Below, piece by piece: positions 13,462-26,268 of a stretch of DNA of 64,000 bases. Positions within the stretch are counted from its first letter, which is position 1, and every line of letters begins with the position of its first letter. This DNA comes from Cenococcum geophilum (taxonomy: Eukaryota). The notes below the pieces were generated by a model. That model was not told the DNA's origin and did not search any database. It worked only from the letters and a program-made list of their open reading frames with translations. The stretch spans positions 1,488,001-1,552,000 of the forward strand of contig CP158636.1 of the NCBI GenBank assembly GCA_050273025.1, written 5' to 3'. Position numbers and translations under genes: made by a program.

Positions 13462-13559
13462 GAGAAATAGACCTAAAAGACGATATACCCTTAAACGTGA
13501 CCTCGACGGCCTCTTCTACTAATATTGAAATGAAAAATCAAGATAACTGCATGGCAAGA

Positions 13560-14290
13560 TTGATATTTATAGTAGTCTCTTACGTAGCTAATTATGTCCA
13601 GGCGCCGTCAGTATATAATGAAATATACTATTTTGTACAAGACTATCCAGGTAAAGCGCATGACGGCGACTAACCTACTTCTGCTTTAGGCACATCTCAA
13701 TAACAAATCCTGTAGTATATTACTTTGGTAAAAGGAGGTATACAATCCTTAGAAGCAACAAATTAATTATATAAGTAGCTCTTTAGTATCGTAAACAATA
13801 AAATTAAATTTATTACGGCAATGCAACTTCTCATCAGCTACTCTCTAGTCGAGAATGAGCAGGATATGGTAAGCTATCACTCACCCGGTTGTACATGGAT
13901 AGGTATTTCACATCCAGGATGGGGAGCAGCGTGTAGTCTCTACTCGGCTAGCGGTGGCAGTAGTTGGGCCATGCCGGACAGCTTAGAGAAGCAATATCGA
14001 CTCTTACCCCATGCGTAGCGGTGCTGGCAATAGGTCGTAGGATAAGCAGTAGATGCTATGGCCAGGTAGGGATGGGTTGGCGTAAGTACAGCGGGTGGCG
14101 GGCAAATTTATGTCCTAGCTGTAATTTACGCGCTTGGAATGCTCTACACGGACTAGGGTAAACTGAGCAAGGCGGAGAAGATATACTAACGGGAGCTGGA
14201 AGGATACAAGAATGCAATTAGGCGGGAGCACACCTTGGCGCTCGGGACGGTCGACAACATTCATTCATATACTGGATCCACAATGCCCTC
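13560..14290 (+). pseudogene. NLR-like (NB-ARC region/TPR) gene fragment
   Basis: TNLLLL*AHLNNK, YSLVE, a frameshifted PVVHG, QYRLLPHA, then a TPR repeat LGMLYTD*GKLSKAEKIY*RELEGYKNAIRREHTLALGTVDN. Confidence 0.75.
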
Positions 14291-14295
14291 AACGC

Positions 14296-15121
14296 TTATA
14301 GAGTCAATCTCCGCCCTACGTGCCCGATTACCAACTCAGACAGCTCCAAATTCCCAGACTGCCTATCGTTATCCATGGGATTTAGACCGTTTTGCTGCGA
14401 GCTCATATGCCCTTGCTGAGTGGATCTACCCCTTGATGTATGAGTGCCTTCAGTTGTGGCCGGAAGCCTGCCTGTGGAGGGCGGCTGATTGCGATTTTGA
14501 CATATCCGGTATATGAAGAAACCAAGACAGCCAAGCAGAGGGATGCCGAGTACTGTAGTGAGAACCGGTGCAGCTATCCAAGTTTTGGAAGTTGAATGTT
14601 TGGGTGGAGTAGTGGGCGACGGAGAAAGAGCCGGGGAAGGAGAGGAGGTGGTAGCGGTTTTTGTGGTGGGTATACCTTTTAAATCGCGGGTTAAGCTACA
14701 GATAATTAGGAGTGAATTAATGGTGAAAACGCGGATCATGGAGGGGTAGCACACGTCCATGCTATCCAGTCCTTCCAGCAATCATAATCATACACGGGCG
14801 ATTCCTCAGCTGAGACATAGACAGTGAATGTACTGCATGTGTAGCTAGTCGGACTGGTTTTATGCTTATGTCAGCAACCTAAATTCCTTCGAGTTGATCC
14901 AGATAATGTTTATCTTGATTATACCAGCCGATAAAGGCTTGATCGTGTATAATAGAATCGTAATTTGTGACTGTTTGCAGGTATATGTCCCGTTGCTTTA
15001 ATTCCCTAGGTGAGACATGTCTGGTCGGCGCTGGAGTGGTATGTGGACGGTCCGGAACTCTAGCGGAGACTATCCAACATACGCTGACCATAGCAAGGAC
15101 TATATGGATAACTGAACTCAT
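14296..15121 (-). CDS. Putative single-pass membrane protein (signal peptide, S/T/P-rich linker, TM); possibly degenerate
   Basis: Signal-like start MSSVIHIVLAMVSVCWIVSA at 15121; S/T/P tract and TM WIAAPVLTTVLGIPLLGCLGFFIY in ORF 14296-14781. Splicing not resolved. Confidence 0.5.
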
Positions 15122-15382
15122 GCTGAAAATTGGCTTCCAACGAGTACGCGTAGCTGCAAGTATGAAGATTCTCCGATCAAGCTGTAACGAGGCTGAGAGT
15201 TGTGGAGGGATGATGGAAAGCCTTGATTTTGACTTGATCGTCCTAAAAGACTGGCGGATCGATTGACTAGCACGCATTCCATAAAGGGGTCATAATGAAG
15301 AAGAATATTTAGATCATTTCGCATCTCCATATGCAGATCCGGTTAGGAGGCTTGTCGCGCGGTTATGGGTTGCATTTGATTA

Positions 15383-15757
15383 GAGGTCAGTCCCACCTTG
15401 TGCACGGTCCCACCTCGTGCACGGCACCAAAATACATCTTTTTGAAATACTTATATCTTAATAACCATAATAGCAATTTATATAAAAATCTTAAATATAG
15501 TTTACTTAGGGAGGTTATATTATATATATATTATATACGTATTATATAATATAGGGGACTTAGAAGACTTTAATATTTTATAAGTAAAAAGATAAATTAA
15601 TAAAATTGCTAATTACGCAGTTTATATGTAGGCTGCGCGTAGACTACGTATTAAAAATATATATAATATAGGCTAGTCGGTTAAGTTGCCAAATGCCCTT
15701 AACTGCGCTAATAATTAACTATTGAGGCCATTAATAAGGGACAATATTTTACTAATA
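15383..15757. mobile_element. Tc1/mariner-like non-autonomous remnant
   Basis: Left end has tcccacct(t/c)gtgcacgg twice. 15499-15757 is an inverted copy of 21216-21462 and ends ...ttttactaata|TA. Confidence 0.55.
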
Positions 15758-16537
15758 TAGACACTTAAGTAGTATCTAAGGCATTATATTAATTATGCGT
15801 AAAATAATTGGGTACTACTATTACTAGCTATATAGTTTATATGTAATATAATACTATAAAAAGGAATAGGACTATTACTATTTAAGGTGGATTATAGATA
15901 TAAATTAAAAAAATTATTATCGTTATATTAAGTAAAGAAAATAAGTAGTATAGTTAAGTAAAGAATGGAGACGTTAATAAGCCTTTATATAAACCTTAAA
16001 GAATTAGTAAAAATAGTATAAGAAAGAATAAAAAGGTACTATAACGCTAAAAGATCTAAGGGACTAGATCGTAAGAAAGGAGATAAAGTATAGCTACTAC
16101 ATAAAAATTTTAAAAGTTAATAACTAAGGGCTTGTTTACTAACTTTTTTTCACCTATTCGCGCCCACCTGTTCATCGTTTAAAAAAACCCACCTGGAACG
16201 AACAGGTGGATATTTCCAGGTTGATCAAATATCGAACAGGTAGGAGCTGCTTGTTTACCTCACCTGTTCAACCTCCACCTATTGGGCCGTCTTAGCAGCT
16301 GAAATCAATGTTCCACCTGGCCTGTTCGACGTCCTTACACTTGCCGCGATTATATAGCCAGACGTAGTATAGATTGCGCGATTTTGCCCACCTGGGCCAT
16401 TAAACAGGTGGAATTCCACCTGCACCCTCTGGGGTCCTATATATCTACCTAGGCGGCCTATTTAACCAACCCGACCTCAATCGTGATGTTTTTTTAAAGA
16501 ATTATACGCATCACGTGATTCGCACCAACCTTAACTA

Positions 16538-17777
16538 TAAAGCCTCTTATATCTAAAGCAGTGTACACAGGCCTCTATGCGCTGCTGGCGCTATTCTATA
16601 TGCTTATTAACGGTACAAAGAACCTTCCTATATCGAATAGTAAGCGCTAGCAGATACTCAATCCCCTATACGGTAAGGCAACAATAATAGAGCTATTATA
16701 CGGTCCTCCCAAGGCAATTAAAACGCTTACTTATATGGACTAAAGGACGTTTAAATTACTGCTTAATCGGCTGGTTAATAAATATAAATTATGCCTATAG
16801 GAATATATATCGGCGGAGCAGAAGCTAATAATATTTATGGCGATATATAGGGGGAGGCTTAGTATAAGGATAGCTAGGTAGGAGTTTCAACATTCGACTC
16901 GTACAATTAGCCTATAGGTAGTTAATATTTAAAGTTATAGAGGACTAGAACTTACCTATATAAGCGCTTTCTATAAAGTTATTAATGCTCTATATAAGCT
17001 ATATAAAGATATTATTAAACTACCGCTTAATTGCACGCCCGAACGGATTAAATCTGACAACAAAATGTGGCTATTTTTTGGTAACTGTATAGGCGCGCTC
17101 GACGGCTTATATATGCCTATTTCGGTGCCAAAAGCTAAGCAATCGGCATGGCGAAATAAGAAGGGCTGGATATCGCAGAACGTGCTCGTGGCGTGCGATT
17201 TTAATATAAACTTCGTGTATATTTTACCTGGGTAGGAAGGCTCTGCATACGACGGCCGAGTCATTAGTTTTGCGAAGGATTGGGGCTTTTATATACTACT
17301 AGAAAAATACTATTTAGCAGATGCCGGATATATAGCTAACGATCCCTTAGTCCTAGTACCATATTAAAAGGTTAGATATCATCTAAAAGAATAGGCTAAG
17401 GCGAGGTAGAGGCCAAAGGATAAGTACGAACTATTTAACCTGCGCCATGCGTCCTTAAGGAATATTATTAAGCGTATATTTAGTGTACTTAAAGCGCGCT
17501 TTTTAATATTTAATAAAGGCCGTAAAGGCTATACCCGGAAGACGCAGGTAAAGATTATATAGGCGTTAATAGCGGTTTATAACTTTCTAAACTAGAATAG
17601 CTATAATCCACATAAGGACGAGTTTAGTTACAAAAGTAAGGACAATTTGGATACTAATAACTGTACGGCTTCTAATAGCGTAGGTAAGTAAATAATAAGC
17701 TAGCGGTGGGAGGATATAGCAGATATAATATAAGAGCAGTATTAGGGCGTTCTAGCTATAAGGCGTAGGTATAGTTA
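16538..17777 (+). pseudogene. Harbinger DDE transposase
   Basis: GNCIGALDG, RNKKGWISQNVLVACD, G*EGSAYDG, YYLADAGY, LFNLRHASLRNII. Start approximate. Confidence 0.9.
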
Positions 17778-17979
17778 AAGAAATCCTAGAGGAAGCTAAT
17801 ATGCGATTTTTAATGGTGACATTATCTGTCTTTATAAAGGTTGAAGCGGTAAATATAATTAATCTATTAGCGTAGTATTTAAGTACCTAAAAATACGTAC
17901 AACACCACTATTAAAAAAGTTGTAATAGGTTATTTAGTTATAAATTAATTACTTTGCCTATACTGCTTAAGGACTAGAG

Positions 17980-19545
17980 CTAAAATTAACATTATACTAA
18001 TCCTCTAACTCGCTACTAACTTCTAATCCTTTACTAAAGGACCCTAATTATTTAAGATGCAACTGCTGCCGTCTTATATTAACTACTAGCTGCCTAATAT
18101 ACCCTTTTTAAGCTTTACTAGTGAGTAAATTAAAGATATAGGTCCTGCTTTTAACCTTAAATCCTTTTAGAATAAGTTGCTAATTAATAGTAGGAAGGTA
18201 CCTAAAATTACAAATAAAGCTGCCCACAGCCTTCTTAATTGGCGAGCTATGCATTGCCAATAGTGTTATCTTTAATGATTTAAACGTCGCCACCGCCTTA
18301 CTAATACTCTCGCTTAAAGCTTCTATTACCGCTAACATCTTTAACAGACGGCTTTAATTAATAACCTTAGCCGCGTTCTTTATTAACCGCTTTATTAACT
18401 CTAGCCTCTTTACTTTCTTAGTATTTTAAGCCCTTTTTTCTACCACACCAGGCATAGGTAAGGGAGATTAGCTTGCGAAAGATAATAATATTAATAAGGA
18501 TACTAATAAAGATTGTAAAGGCGCTGAAGGCGTTAATATACCTAGTATAGGAGTAGGGCTTCAGCTATCGATTGGCGTACTAGATAGGCTCCATTTAACT
18601 ATACCGCGCAGTATATTTGGATCCTCACTATCCTTATACTTACCCTTACTATCCTTATTGCCATAATTAGAAGAATTTAAATCTATATTGCCCCGGTTTT
18701 AAACTAAATCCTTATTAAGCGCCTTTTTAATTATACTAGCGTAATTACCACGGGCCATTTTACCAGTAAGTAGCTTTGTTAGTTGCTTATAGTAAATAGG
18801 CCATTTTATTTTAAAAGGTCTCCTTTTAATATAGCTATTAAAATAGCCCTTTATAACGCCTTTCTTATCAGTCTATAGTAAGCTAGTAACCTTATATTTA
18901 CTCTACCTTAAATACGCCTTAGTATACGCCTCCTATTCGCGGTATATAGCCTTCTAGTAATTATACTTATTTATTAACTAATTAAGAGTAAGGTCCTGGC
19001 CCGATTTAACTTTAATATAGGCAATAGCGTTAACGTAATTAGTGGCTTTAAATGTAGCTCCGTTGGTCTCTTTGCCCTAGGCAACTAATAGCTTTAGATA
19101 CTCCAGAAACACCTTACTTAACGCCTTAAGCCATACTAATCAAGACTTCTTATTACTAGGATCCTCGCCCTTAGCCGCCTCCTTCTTCCTCCGCGTCTTT
19201 TTAGTGGGTGGTTTAAAACTAGCACCAGCAGCTATAGGACCCTTCTTTACCATATTTACCCTTACTCGCTTCTTTAGCGGCTTTACCACATGTATTAATA
19301 TTAGTTTAGTAGTAGTAGAGGCAGCTTTAGAGGTCGTTATACTGGGTGTAGGGGTAGTAGTAGAGGTGGTAGTAAAGGTAGTAGTTAGGTCATGGCCATA
19401 GCCAGGGGTAGGGGCAGCTATATCGGCAGTAGTGTTAATAGGGCTTCCCTCTATAGGCTCATTGTCGTCGCCTATTAAAAAAGGTGCGTATATTAGGAAC
19501 GGGTTAATTATATCTATAAGGCTCTAACTATTTATTTTATATAGA
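17980..19545 (-). pseudogene. Harbinger Myb/SANT-like DNA-binding protein
   Basis: Minus-strand LVW...VFLEYL...GKETNGATFKAT...NKYNY*K Myb-like relic, the expected second Harbinger gene. Ends approximate. Confidence 0.75.
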
Positions 19546-21215
19546 GCCTTTTAACGTCTTGCGTGCGGCTTATATAACCCTAGCTCTACCGCTATTTCGC
19601 CTACCTATAACCTTGGCAACTACCCCTAGTAAATAAACCGCTCTTACCTATTCGATCTACACCCCTGCATAAGCGCTTGCTAGTGGCGCTTACAATTTAC
19701 CTATTAAGCCTTAATTTGATCCACCTAGTAGCGTTAAACAGGTGAGCGCGAATAGGTGAAAAAAAGTTAGTAAATAAGCCCTAAGTAGGAAATTGGACTA
19801 TATTAGACTAGGACTATTTAAGATTATATAAATAATCTTACTAGTTATATTTAAATTAGACTTAATAACTAAGATAAAGATCTATCCTATATAGTATATT
19901 TTAATACTAGAGCTAATATATAGGAATATTAAGCCACTAGTTTATAAAGTAGATATATATAGAGGATAAGAAGACAAATAGTAAGTTTTAAAGATTATTA
20001 GTTACAAGGATATTAATAACAAAATTAAGTATAAAATTAAGTAGATAGGCTATAATAAGACTATTTATAAGCTACTATAGAACCTAAAAAACGTTATAGA
20101 AAGGTAATAAAGTATTAAAAGAAATTAGATTACAGAGTATTAATAGGAAAGGATTGCTAAAAAAAATACGTTATTTAAGGGGGACCTAAGAGGATTAACT
20201 GCTAACGTACTTGGAGTTATTTCCCTCTCTACTAGACTAAAACCCTTTTTAGCCTCCTCCTATTTAAGTTTATAAAGACCCTACTTAGTAAGCTTCTACT
20301 TCTTAGAATAAACCTTCTTATAAACCCTTTTAAGATAGACTAGCCGAGTATAAGCAACCTATTAAGCTTTAAATACTTATCGCTCTTTAGTATAAATCCG
20401 CTCCCTATTATTTTAAAACTTTTATACCTTAGCTAGGGCTAAGGGTAACTTACCCTTAAGATAGAAAGCTTTAGATTAGATTTAAGACTCTAAGATAAAT
20501 TAGATAAGGCACTAGACGCCTATAAAGAATAATAAAACGCGTATACTTAGTGTTAGAGATAGATTAAATATTATAGGATAATTATATATTCGCTTGCATA
20601 CACTTAGTATAAAAAGAAGGCTAGTAACTAGATAGAGCCGTAATTACAATATATATTAACTTCTTCTCTACGCAATAAGAATATAATAATATGATTTTAC
20701 TAAGTAAAAGAATAATTAAAATAAGCTAGTAATAAGGATCTAATAGACGGTATTAGAAATAATAAAGGTTATTAAATTAAAAATAGGAATGCTATACCTC
20801 TAATAGATAACTTAAAGATAGGAAGTATTTTTAAGAATAAAGATAAAGAGAAGGGGAATAGTATTACGGATCTTATATTAGCAGTAGTATAACTATTAAA
20901 AAAAGATATAAATAGGTTAGGTAAGATAGTATAGAAGGTACTAGAACTAATTAAGCTATAAAATTAAAGGTAGCTAAGTTATATAGCTAGTTATATTATA
21001 AATTTAGAATATAGGAATATAGGAATATAAAAACATAGGATATACTAACATACTTAGCATATTTCTTAAGCGTAGTGTTATATGCTTAAAGGACTATAAT
21101 CCCTACCTAGATAGTTCTATTCTTTATAGTAAATCTTAAAATATAATTAGAGTTAATTTATTAGGTAACTTACCCTACTAATTATATTTATATTATTAAC
21201 TTTCCTATTTACCTA

Positions 21216-21759
21216 TATTGGCAAAATATTGTCCCCTATTAATGGCCTTAATAGTTAGTCGTTGGCGTAATTAGCACGTTGTTAAGGGCATTTAGCAACT
21301 TAACTAACTAGCCTATATTATATATTTTTAATATATAGCCTACGCGTAGCCTATATATAAACTATATAATTAGCAATTTTATTAATTTACCTTTTTACCC
21401 GTAAAATATTGGGGTCTTTTAAGCCCTCTATATTGTATAATATAACTTCCCTAAGTAAACTTTTTATTAAAAAAATTATTACGTATTTTTTTATATAGCG
21501 TTACTAGGGGGCTTACTAAAGCCTAAGTAAAAATAAGCGAAAATTAGAAAGATAAAAATCTGTTAAGCTATACGCAAGTTAACTATTAAATGCGCTAATT
21601 ACGTAGGTTATATAGGCTCTGTACGTCAAAAACGTTAAATACGTTAATGACGTCAGCGGCGTTAACTGCAGCTATCGGCGCCTAATTAACCTAATTGGCA
21701 GCATTTGATTTTCACTTAATAGGTAGTTTAAACCCTAGCCTGCGAATATTTTCCCAATA
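21216..21759. mobile_element. Tc1/mariner-like MITE inserted in the gypsy LTR
   Basis: TIRs tattgg(c/g)aaaatatt. Comparison with the uninterrupted LTR at ~27200 leaves a TA duplication. Confidence 0.7.
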
Positions 21760-23063
21760 TATATACCTAGCCTATTAATAAGTCTACCGTAGTATTTTTT
21801 CTAAGGCTTTATTATAGGGCACTACTAGCCGCACACCCCCTAATTACTGCGCGCACACCCCCCAAATTACTGCTCGCACACCCCCCCGAAACAGGCTTAG
21901 ATCCTTCCTCTTCAGGTTAGAATATCACGTGTATACGCGCGCAACTATCGCGCGCCCATACCAAAATCAACACCTCGCATTTGCATACTTCTCCCTACCT
22001 CTACTATGGCTCTTAACCCACCTCCGTCGAAGCTGTACGATTGCGTAAACTTTGCCCTTGATGATATTAACGAGTTTGTAAAAGGGCAGGGCTATACAGT
22101 GTTAAAATTCCGCTCAAAAACTGACAAGTAGATACTACCTACTATGCGCAAAATATGGCTCCAATGCGCCAAAGGCAACGCCTATAAAAGGACTTCTAGA
22201 CAGCGCCTCACTGGCTCTTGTATAACTAATTGCCCTTTTAGACTTACTATTACACGTACGGCAATTAGATGGTAGGTAGAGGTATAAAATCCTACTTACA
22301 ATCACGGAGCCTTTACGTACGCTACAGCTCTACTATATTACCGCTAGCGTACTAAGGAAATAAAGAAGACAATTACTGATATGTTAGCTAGTAGTATTGC
22401 GCCTAGTAAAATACTTATAAATCTACTAAAGAAGGATATTATAATTAGCCTTAGAGATATCTATAACAAACGGCAGCTAAACAAGAAGCAGCTGCTTAGT
22501 GGGCTCTCGCCTGTGCAGGTATTACTTAAGGCTCTTAACGAATACGGAGGCGACGACCTTAAATTAAAATACTACTTTGCGTATAAGGAAGACGATAGCA
22601 ATTACCTTAAATCCTTGTTCTTTGCTTATCTAGAGTCTCTTAAATACTTTTAGAAGAATCCTAATGTCTTATTACTTAATTATACCTATAAAACAAATAA
22701 GTTTAAAATGCCCTTTCTATATGTAGTAGGCGTCGATAATACTAGGCAGAACTTTAAGCTTACTTATTGCTTCCTACTAGGCGAAATAGAAGGCAACTAT
22801 AACTTTATAATTTAATAGATCTATTTTCTCTACTCTTGATATAATCTTACTCTAAAGGTTATAATTATAGATAAGGAGTAAGCCCTTAAGAATGCGCTAC
22901 GGCGATACTTCCAGTTACTTTTTTAGCTACTCTACCTTTGGCACGTAGCTAAGAACGCCCTTACGTATATATAGGATAATTAGGTTATAAGGGCAGATTA
23001 ATTAAATAAGGAAAAGGTTAAGGCGTAAGAGCACTATAATAACTTTATAAAGCGCTAGGCCGA

Positions 23064-24916
23064 CGTCAGGAAAACGGGAGAGTAGTAGGGGCTAGCCAGG
23101 GGCTAGCCCGGGGCTGACCCGGGGTCATTTTAGCTGGATCCGCTGATCTGCTCATGTACACTTCTTTACGCTAGCCCCGGGCCCCATTAGCAACATTAGC
23201 AACATTAGCAACATTAGCAACATTAGCAATATTAGCAATATTAGCAATATTAGTAATATTAATAATATTAATTTTAAAAATTATAATATATCTTTTTACT
23301 ATAGTAGTTATAATATTTTCTATAACTGCAATATTTATATAGGAATAATAATAGGTTTTAAAATTCAAAATTTGGTTATTAAGCAATTAATTAAAATAAG
23401 TGGGAAGCCTCTTTCAGAGGCTCCAAATCGTCAATTGGCGATATTCCTGATCCACCGGCCGTGTACTGATTTCCTAACTAGGCCTAGCACCCGCCTACCC
23501 GCCTGCCTGCCTACCTACCTGCTTGCCTACCTGCCTGCCTACTTACCTGCCTGCCTATACCTACCTACCTGTGCCTACCTGTGTATGCCTACCTGTCTAT
23601 GGTATCTAATTCAATTTGATTCGGTAGCGGGCTGATATCGAGGCTCTGGTTCGATTCGATCGATCGATTAAGTCGTTCGTGGTGTTGCTGACTGGTTGTT
23701 CGAACGATCGTCGTCTAGTTCTGGCGACGGTCGTCTGGTCCTGATGACGGTCGTCCTGATGACAGTCGTCTGGTTCTGACGACGGTCGTCTAGTTCTGGC
23801 GACGGTCGTCTGGTTCTGGGGACGGTCGTCTAGTTCTGGCGACGGTCGTCTGGTTCTGGCGACGGTCGTCTGGTCCTGATGACGGTCGTCCTGATGACGG
23901 TCGTCTGGTTCTGGCGACGGTCGTCTAGTTCTGGCGACGGTCGTCTGGTCCTGATGACGGTCGTCCTGATGACAGTCGTCTGGTTCTGGCGACGGTCGTC
24001 TAGTTCTGGCGACGGTCGTCTGGTCCTGATGACGGTCGTCCTGATGACAGTCGTCTGGTTCTGGCGACGGTCGTCCTGATGACAGTCGTCTGGTTCTGAC
24101 GACGGTCGTCTAGTTCTGGCGACGGTCGTCTGGTCCTGATGACGGTCGTCCTGATGACAGTCGTCTGGTTCTGACGACAGTCGTCTAGTTCTGGCGACGG
24201 TCGTCTGGTTCTGGCGACGGTCGTCTGGTTCTGGCGACGGTCGTCTGGTCCTGATGACGGTCGTCTTGATGACGGTCGTCTAGTTCTGGCGACGGTCGTC
24301 TGGTCCTGACGACGGTCGTCTGGTCCTGATGACGGTCGTCTGGTCCTGATGACGGTCGTCCTGATGACAGTCATCTAGTTCTGGCGACGGTCGTCTGGTT
24401 CTGGCCACAGTCATCTACTAGCTGCCGTTGTAGTGCCTCCCTAGGTAGAGAGGATGGAAGGAAGGGTAAAAAATAAGTGGTATTTAGGTGTACAAGGGGT
24501 ATGCAAAGACACCTAGAGGCTGCCGGGAATAGAGTGGGGACCCGATAGCACTGTGGGCCGCTGTCAGGACGATTGAGATAACTAGGAAAATCAAAGTCCT
24601 ACTAGGAGCCTGCTAGGAAGCCTGCTAGGAGCCTGCTAGGAGGCCTTTAGGATTTTAATACCCTAATAGCAATAAACATAATAAACATAATAATATTTAT
24701 TTTATAGCCATAAGCTAGCATAATGCTAGCGTATAGCTCTAGGGCCTAGCTAATATGGCAGAAAGCTGGCGTAGAGCTCTAGGGGGTCAGCTAATATGGC
24801 GGAAAGCTAGCGTAGAGCTCTAGGGGGTCAGCTAATATGGCGGAGAGCTAGCCCCGGGCCCCAAAAACACTTTTAGCGAAACTAAATTTCGTGCGCCACC
24901 CCCCGTTTTCCTGACG
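23064..24916. mobile_element. Non-autonomous CACTA/CMC-like element nested in the MULE transposase
   Basis: 15-bp TIR CGTCAGGAAAACGGG; 2-bp TSD GA; ~41-bp subterminal repeats at 24727-24850. Removing it restores the MULE frame (KR*AECYS*KSSKRF). Confidence 0.85.
23708..24415. repeat. GACGGTCGTC-core minisatellite (20/20/20/15-bp units, 75-bp higher order)
   Basis: Directly visible; the 25-aa periodicity of ORF 23879-24079 reflects the 75-bp period. Confidence 0.95.
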
Positions 24917-26268
24917 GAGTGCTATAGCTAAAAGTCTTCTAAGAGATTTACTGCTGCCTGGGACTAGCTTATGGAGGACTACCGCGATTAAGAGCGCCTT
25001 ACTAACTACTTACGCGATAAGTGGTGGCTATATTGGAGGGAGTTTGTGAGTTGCTATACTAATATTTAGATACACTTCGGAAACCGGTAAGTAAAATATT
25101 AAGCTATATAAAATACTCTAGGCTAACTAAACGTAGTGTCTTATTATAACTTAAGGGTGCGCACGCTAAATTAAAGCGCTTCTTTATAGTATCTAATAGT
25201 GACTTATTTAACGTAGTTCGGAATATTAAGAACCTTATTATAAACGATATAAACAACCATATAATGACGATTGTAAGGTAGAGAGACCGCCTACTGTATG
25301 ACGTTCGCGAGCTAGAGTTTAAAGATATCCTTACTAAAGTAACGCCTGTGTGCCTCCGCCATCTTAAGGACTAACTATGGCTTGTAAAGTCAGCTAATTA
25401 CTAGCTAAATTATAGCGGCCAATGGACTGTAGTATACGGCCTTCTATGCTGCCATATTTTCCATAGGCAGCTACACTAAAGTGCTACCTTAGTACTAAAA
25501 ATATAACTTATTGAAATCGACGTACACTGGTGGTTTAATCGCCCTTTACTAGATCCTCCTACTGGCCTACCTATTAATCCTCTACTTTTTATCTAGGAGC
25601 CTTTAACTGTTAAGCGCCGCTATAGCCGCCCGCCTGGCTCTATAAATAGACGTTATATTAATACCTTAACTTATCGCAAGCCCTTAGCATTTGAGAGAAA
25701 TACTGAATATACTACCTGTGGGCGCGGGCGCGGGCGTAGGTGTGCCCGTGGAGGTAGCTCGCAGATAATAAGCAGAGGTGGTAGTAGCTAAATTAGTTTA
25801 TATACTGCCTTATAAGTTACCACACAATCTAATTAATCGACTTAGGAGTATGTAGGTAGTATTATAAGTGGTATTATAGGTGGCGAGAATGGTAGTAGAA
25901 GTTAAGATGCCTCTGTAGATGGCTTGCTAAGTATTAGCGGCAATATTTTATAGGCTTACAGCGGTTGTAGGGCCTTGCCCTTTCAGCAAGACTTTACTAA
26001 GGGGTCCTTTGGTGCATTCCAGCTTTAATTTAAACTCTATAAGTTATACTATAGTTAAAATTAAGACTTAATTCTAGTTGTATATTTATAGAAGTTATAT
26101 TTTAAAAGTTTAATTTTCGCGACGCTAATACATACAAGTTAAACACACGTGATATTCTAACCTGAAGAGGAAGGATCTAAGCCTGTTTCAGGGGGGTGTG
26201 CGAGCAGTAATTTGGGGGGTGTGCGCGCAGTAATTAGGGGGTGTGCGGCTAGTAGTGCCCTTGTTATA

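Larger units (their letters stand above)
16128..19781. mobile_element. PIF/Harbinger DNA transposon, complete but RIP-mutated
   Basis: ~45-bp TIRs GGGCTT(G/A)TTTACTAAC...; TAA TSD (16125-27, 19782-84); many subterminal CACCTG repeats; two convergent genes. Confidence 0.95.
15790..21816 (+). mobile_element. Chromoviral Ty3/gypsy 3' part (integrase C-terminus, chromodomain, PPT, 3' LTR 20862-21816), interrupted by nested elements
   Basis: GDKV*LLHKNFKS..|SRKLDYIRLGLFKI reads through once the Harbinger is removed. Chromodomain relic at ~19975-20090; PPT gagaaggggaatag; the LTR matches the solo LTR at 26842. Confidence 0.8.
21817..26260 (+). mobile_element. MULE (Mutator-like) transposon; transposase pseudogene 22006-~26028
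   Basis: ~115-bp TIRs GGGCACTACTAGCC...; TSD ttattata/ttgttata; FAR1-like N-terminus, VLLLNYTYKTNKFKMP, DKE*ALKNAL, LLYLWHV, HFGNR, C-terminal GRGRGR. Confidence 0.95.

Noticed and set aside
19204..19401. Hydrophobic Val-rich ORF
   Set aside because: Antisense of the T/P-rich region of the Harbinger Myb-like gene.
23708..24415. CRISPR-like appearance of the palindromic-core repeat, and ORFs 23879-24079 and 24000-24374
   Set aside because: Spacers are 5-10 bp and repeated rather than unique, there are no cas genes and the context is eukaryotic. The ORFs are by-products of the repeat.
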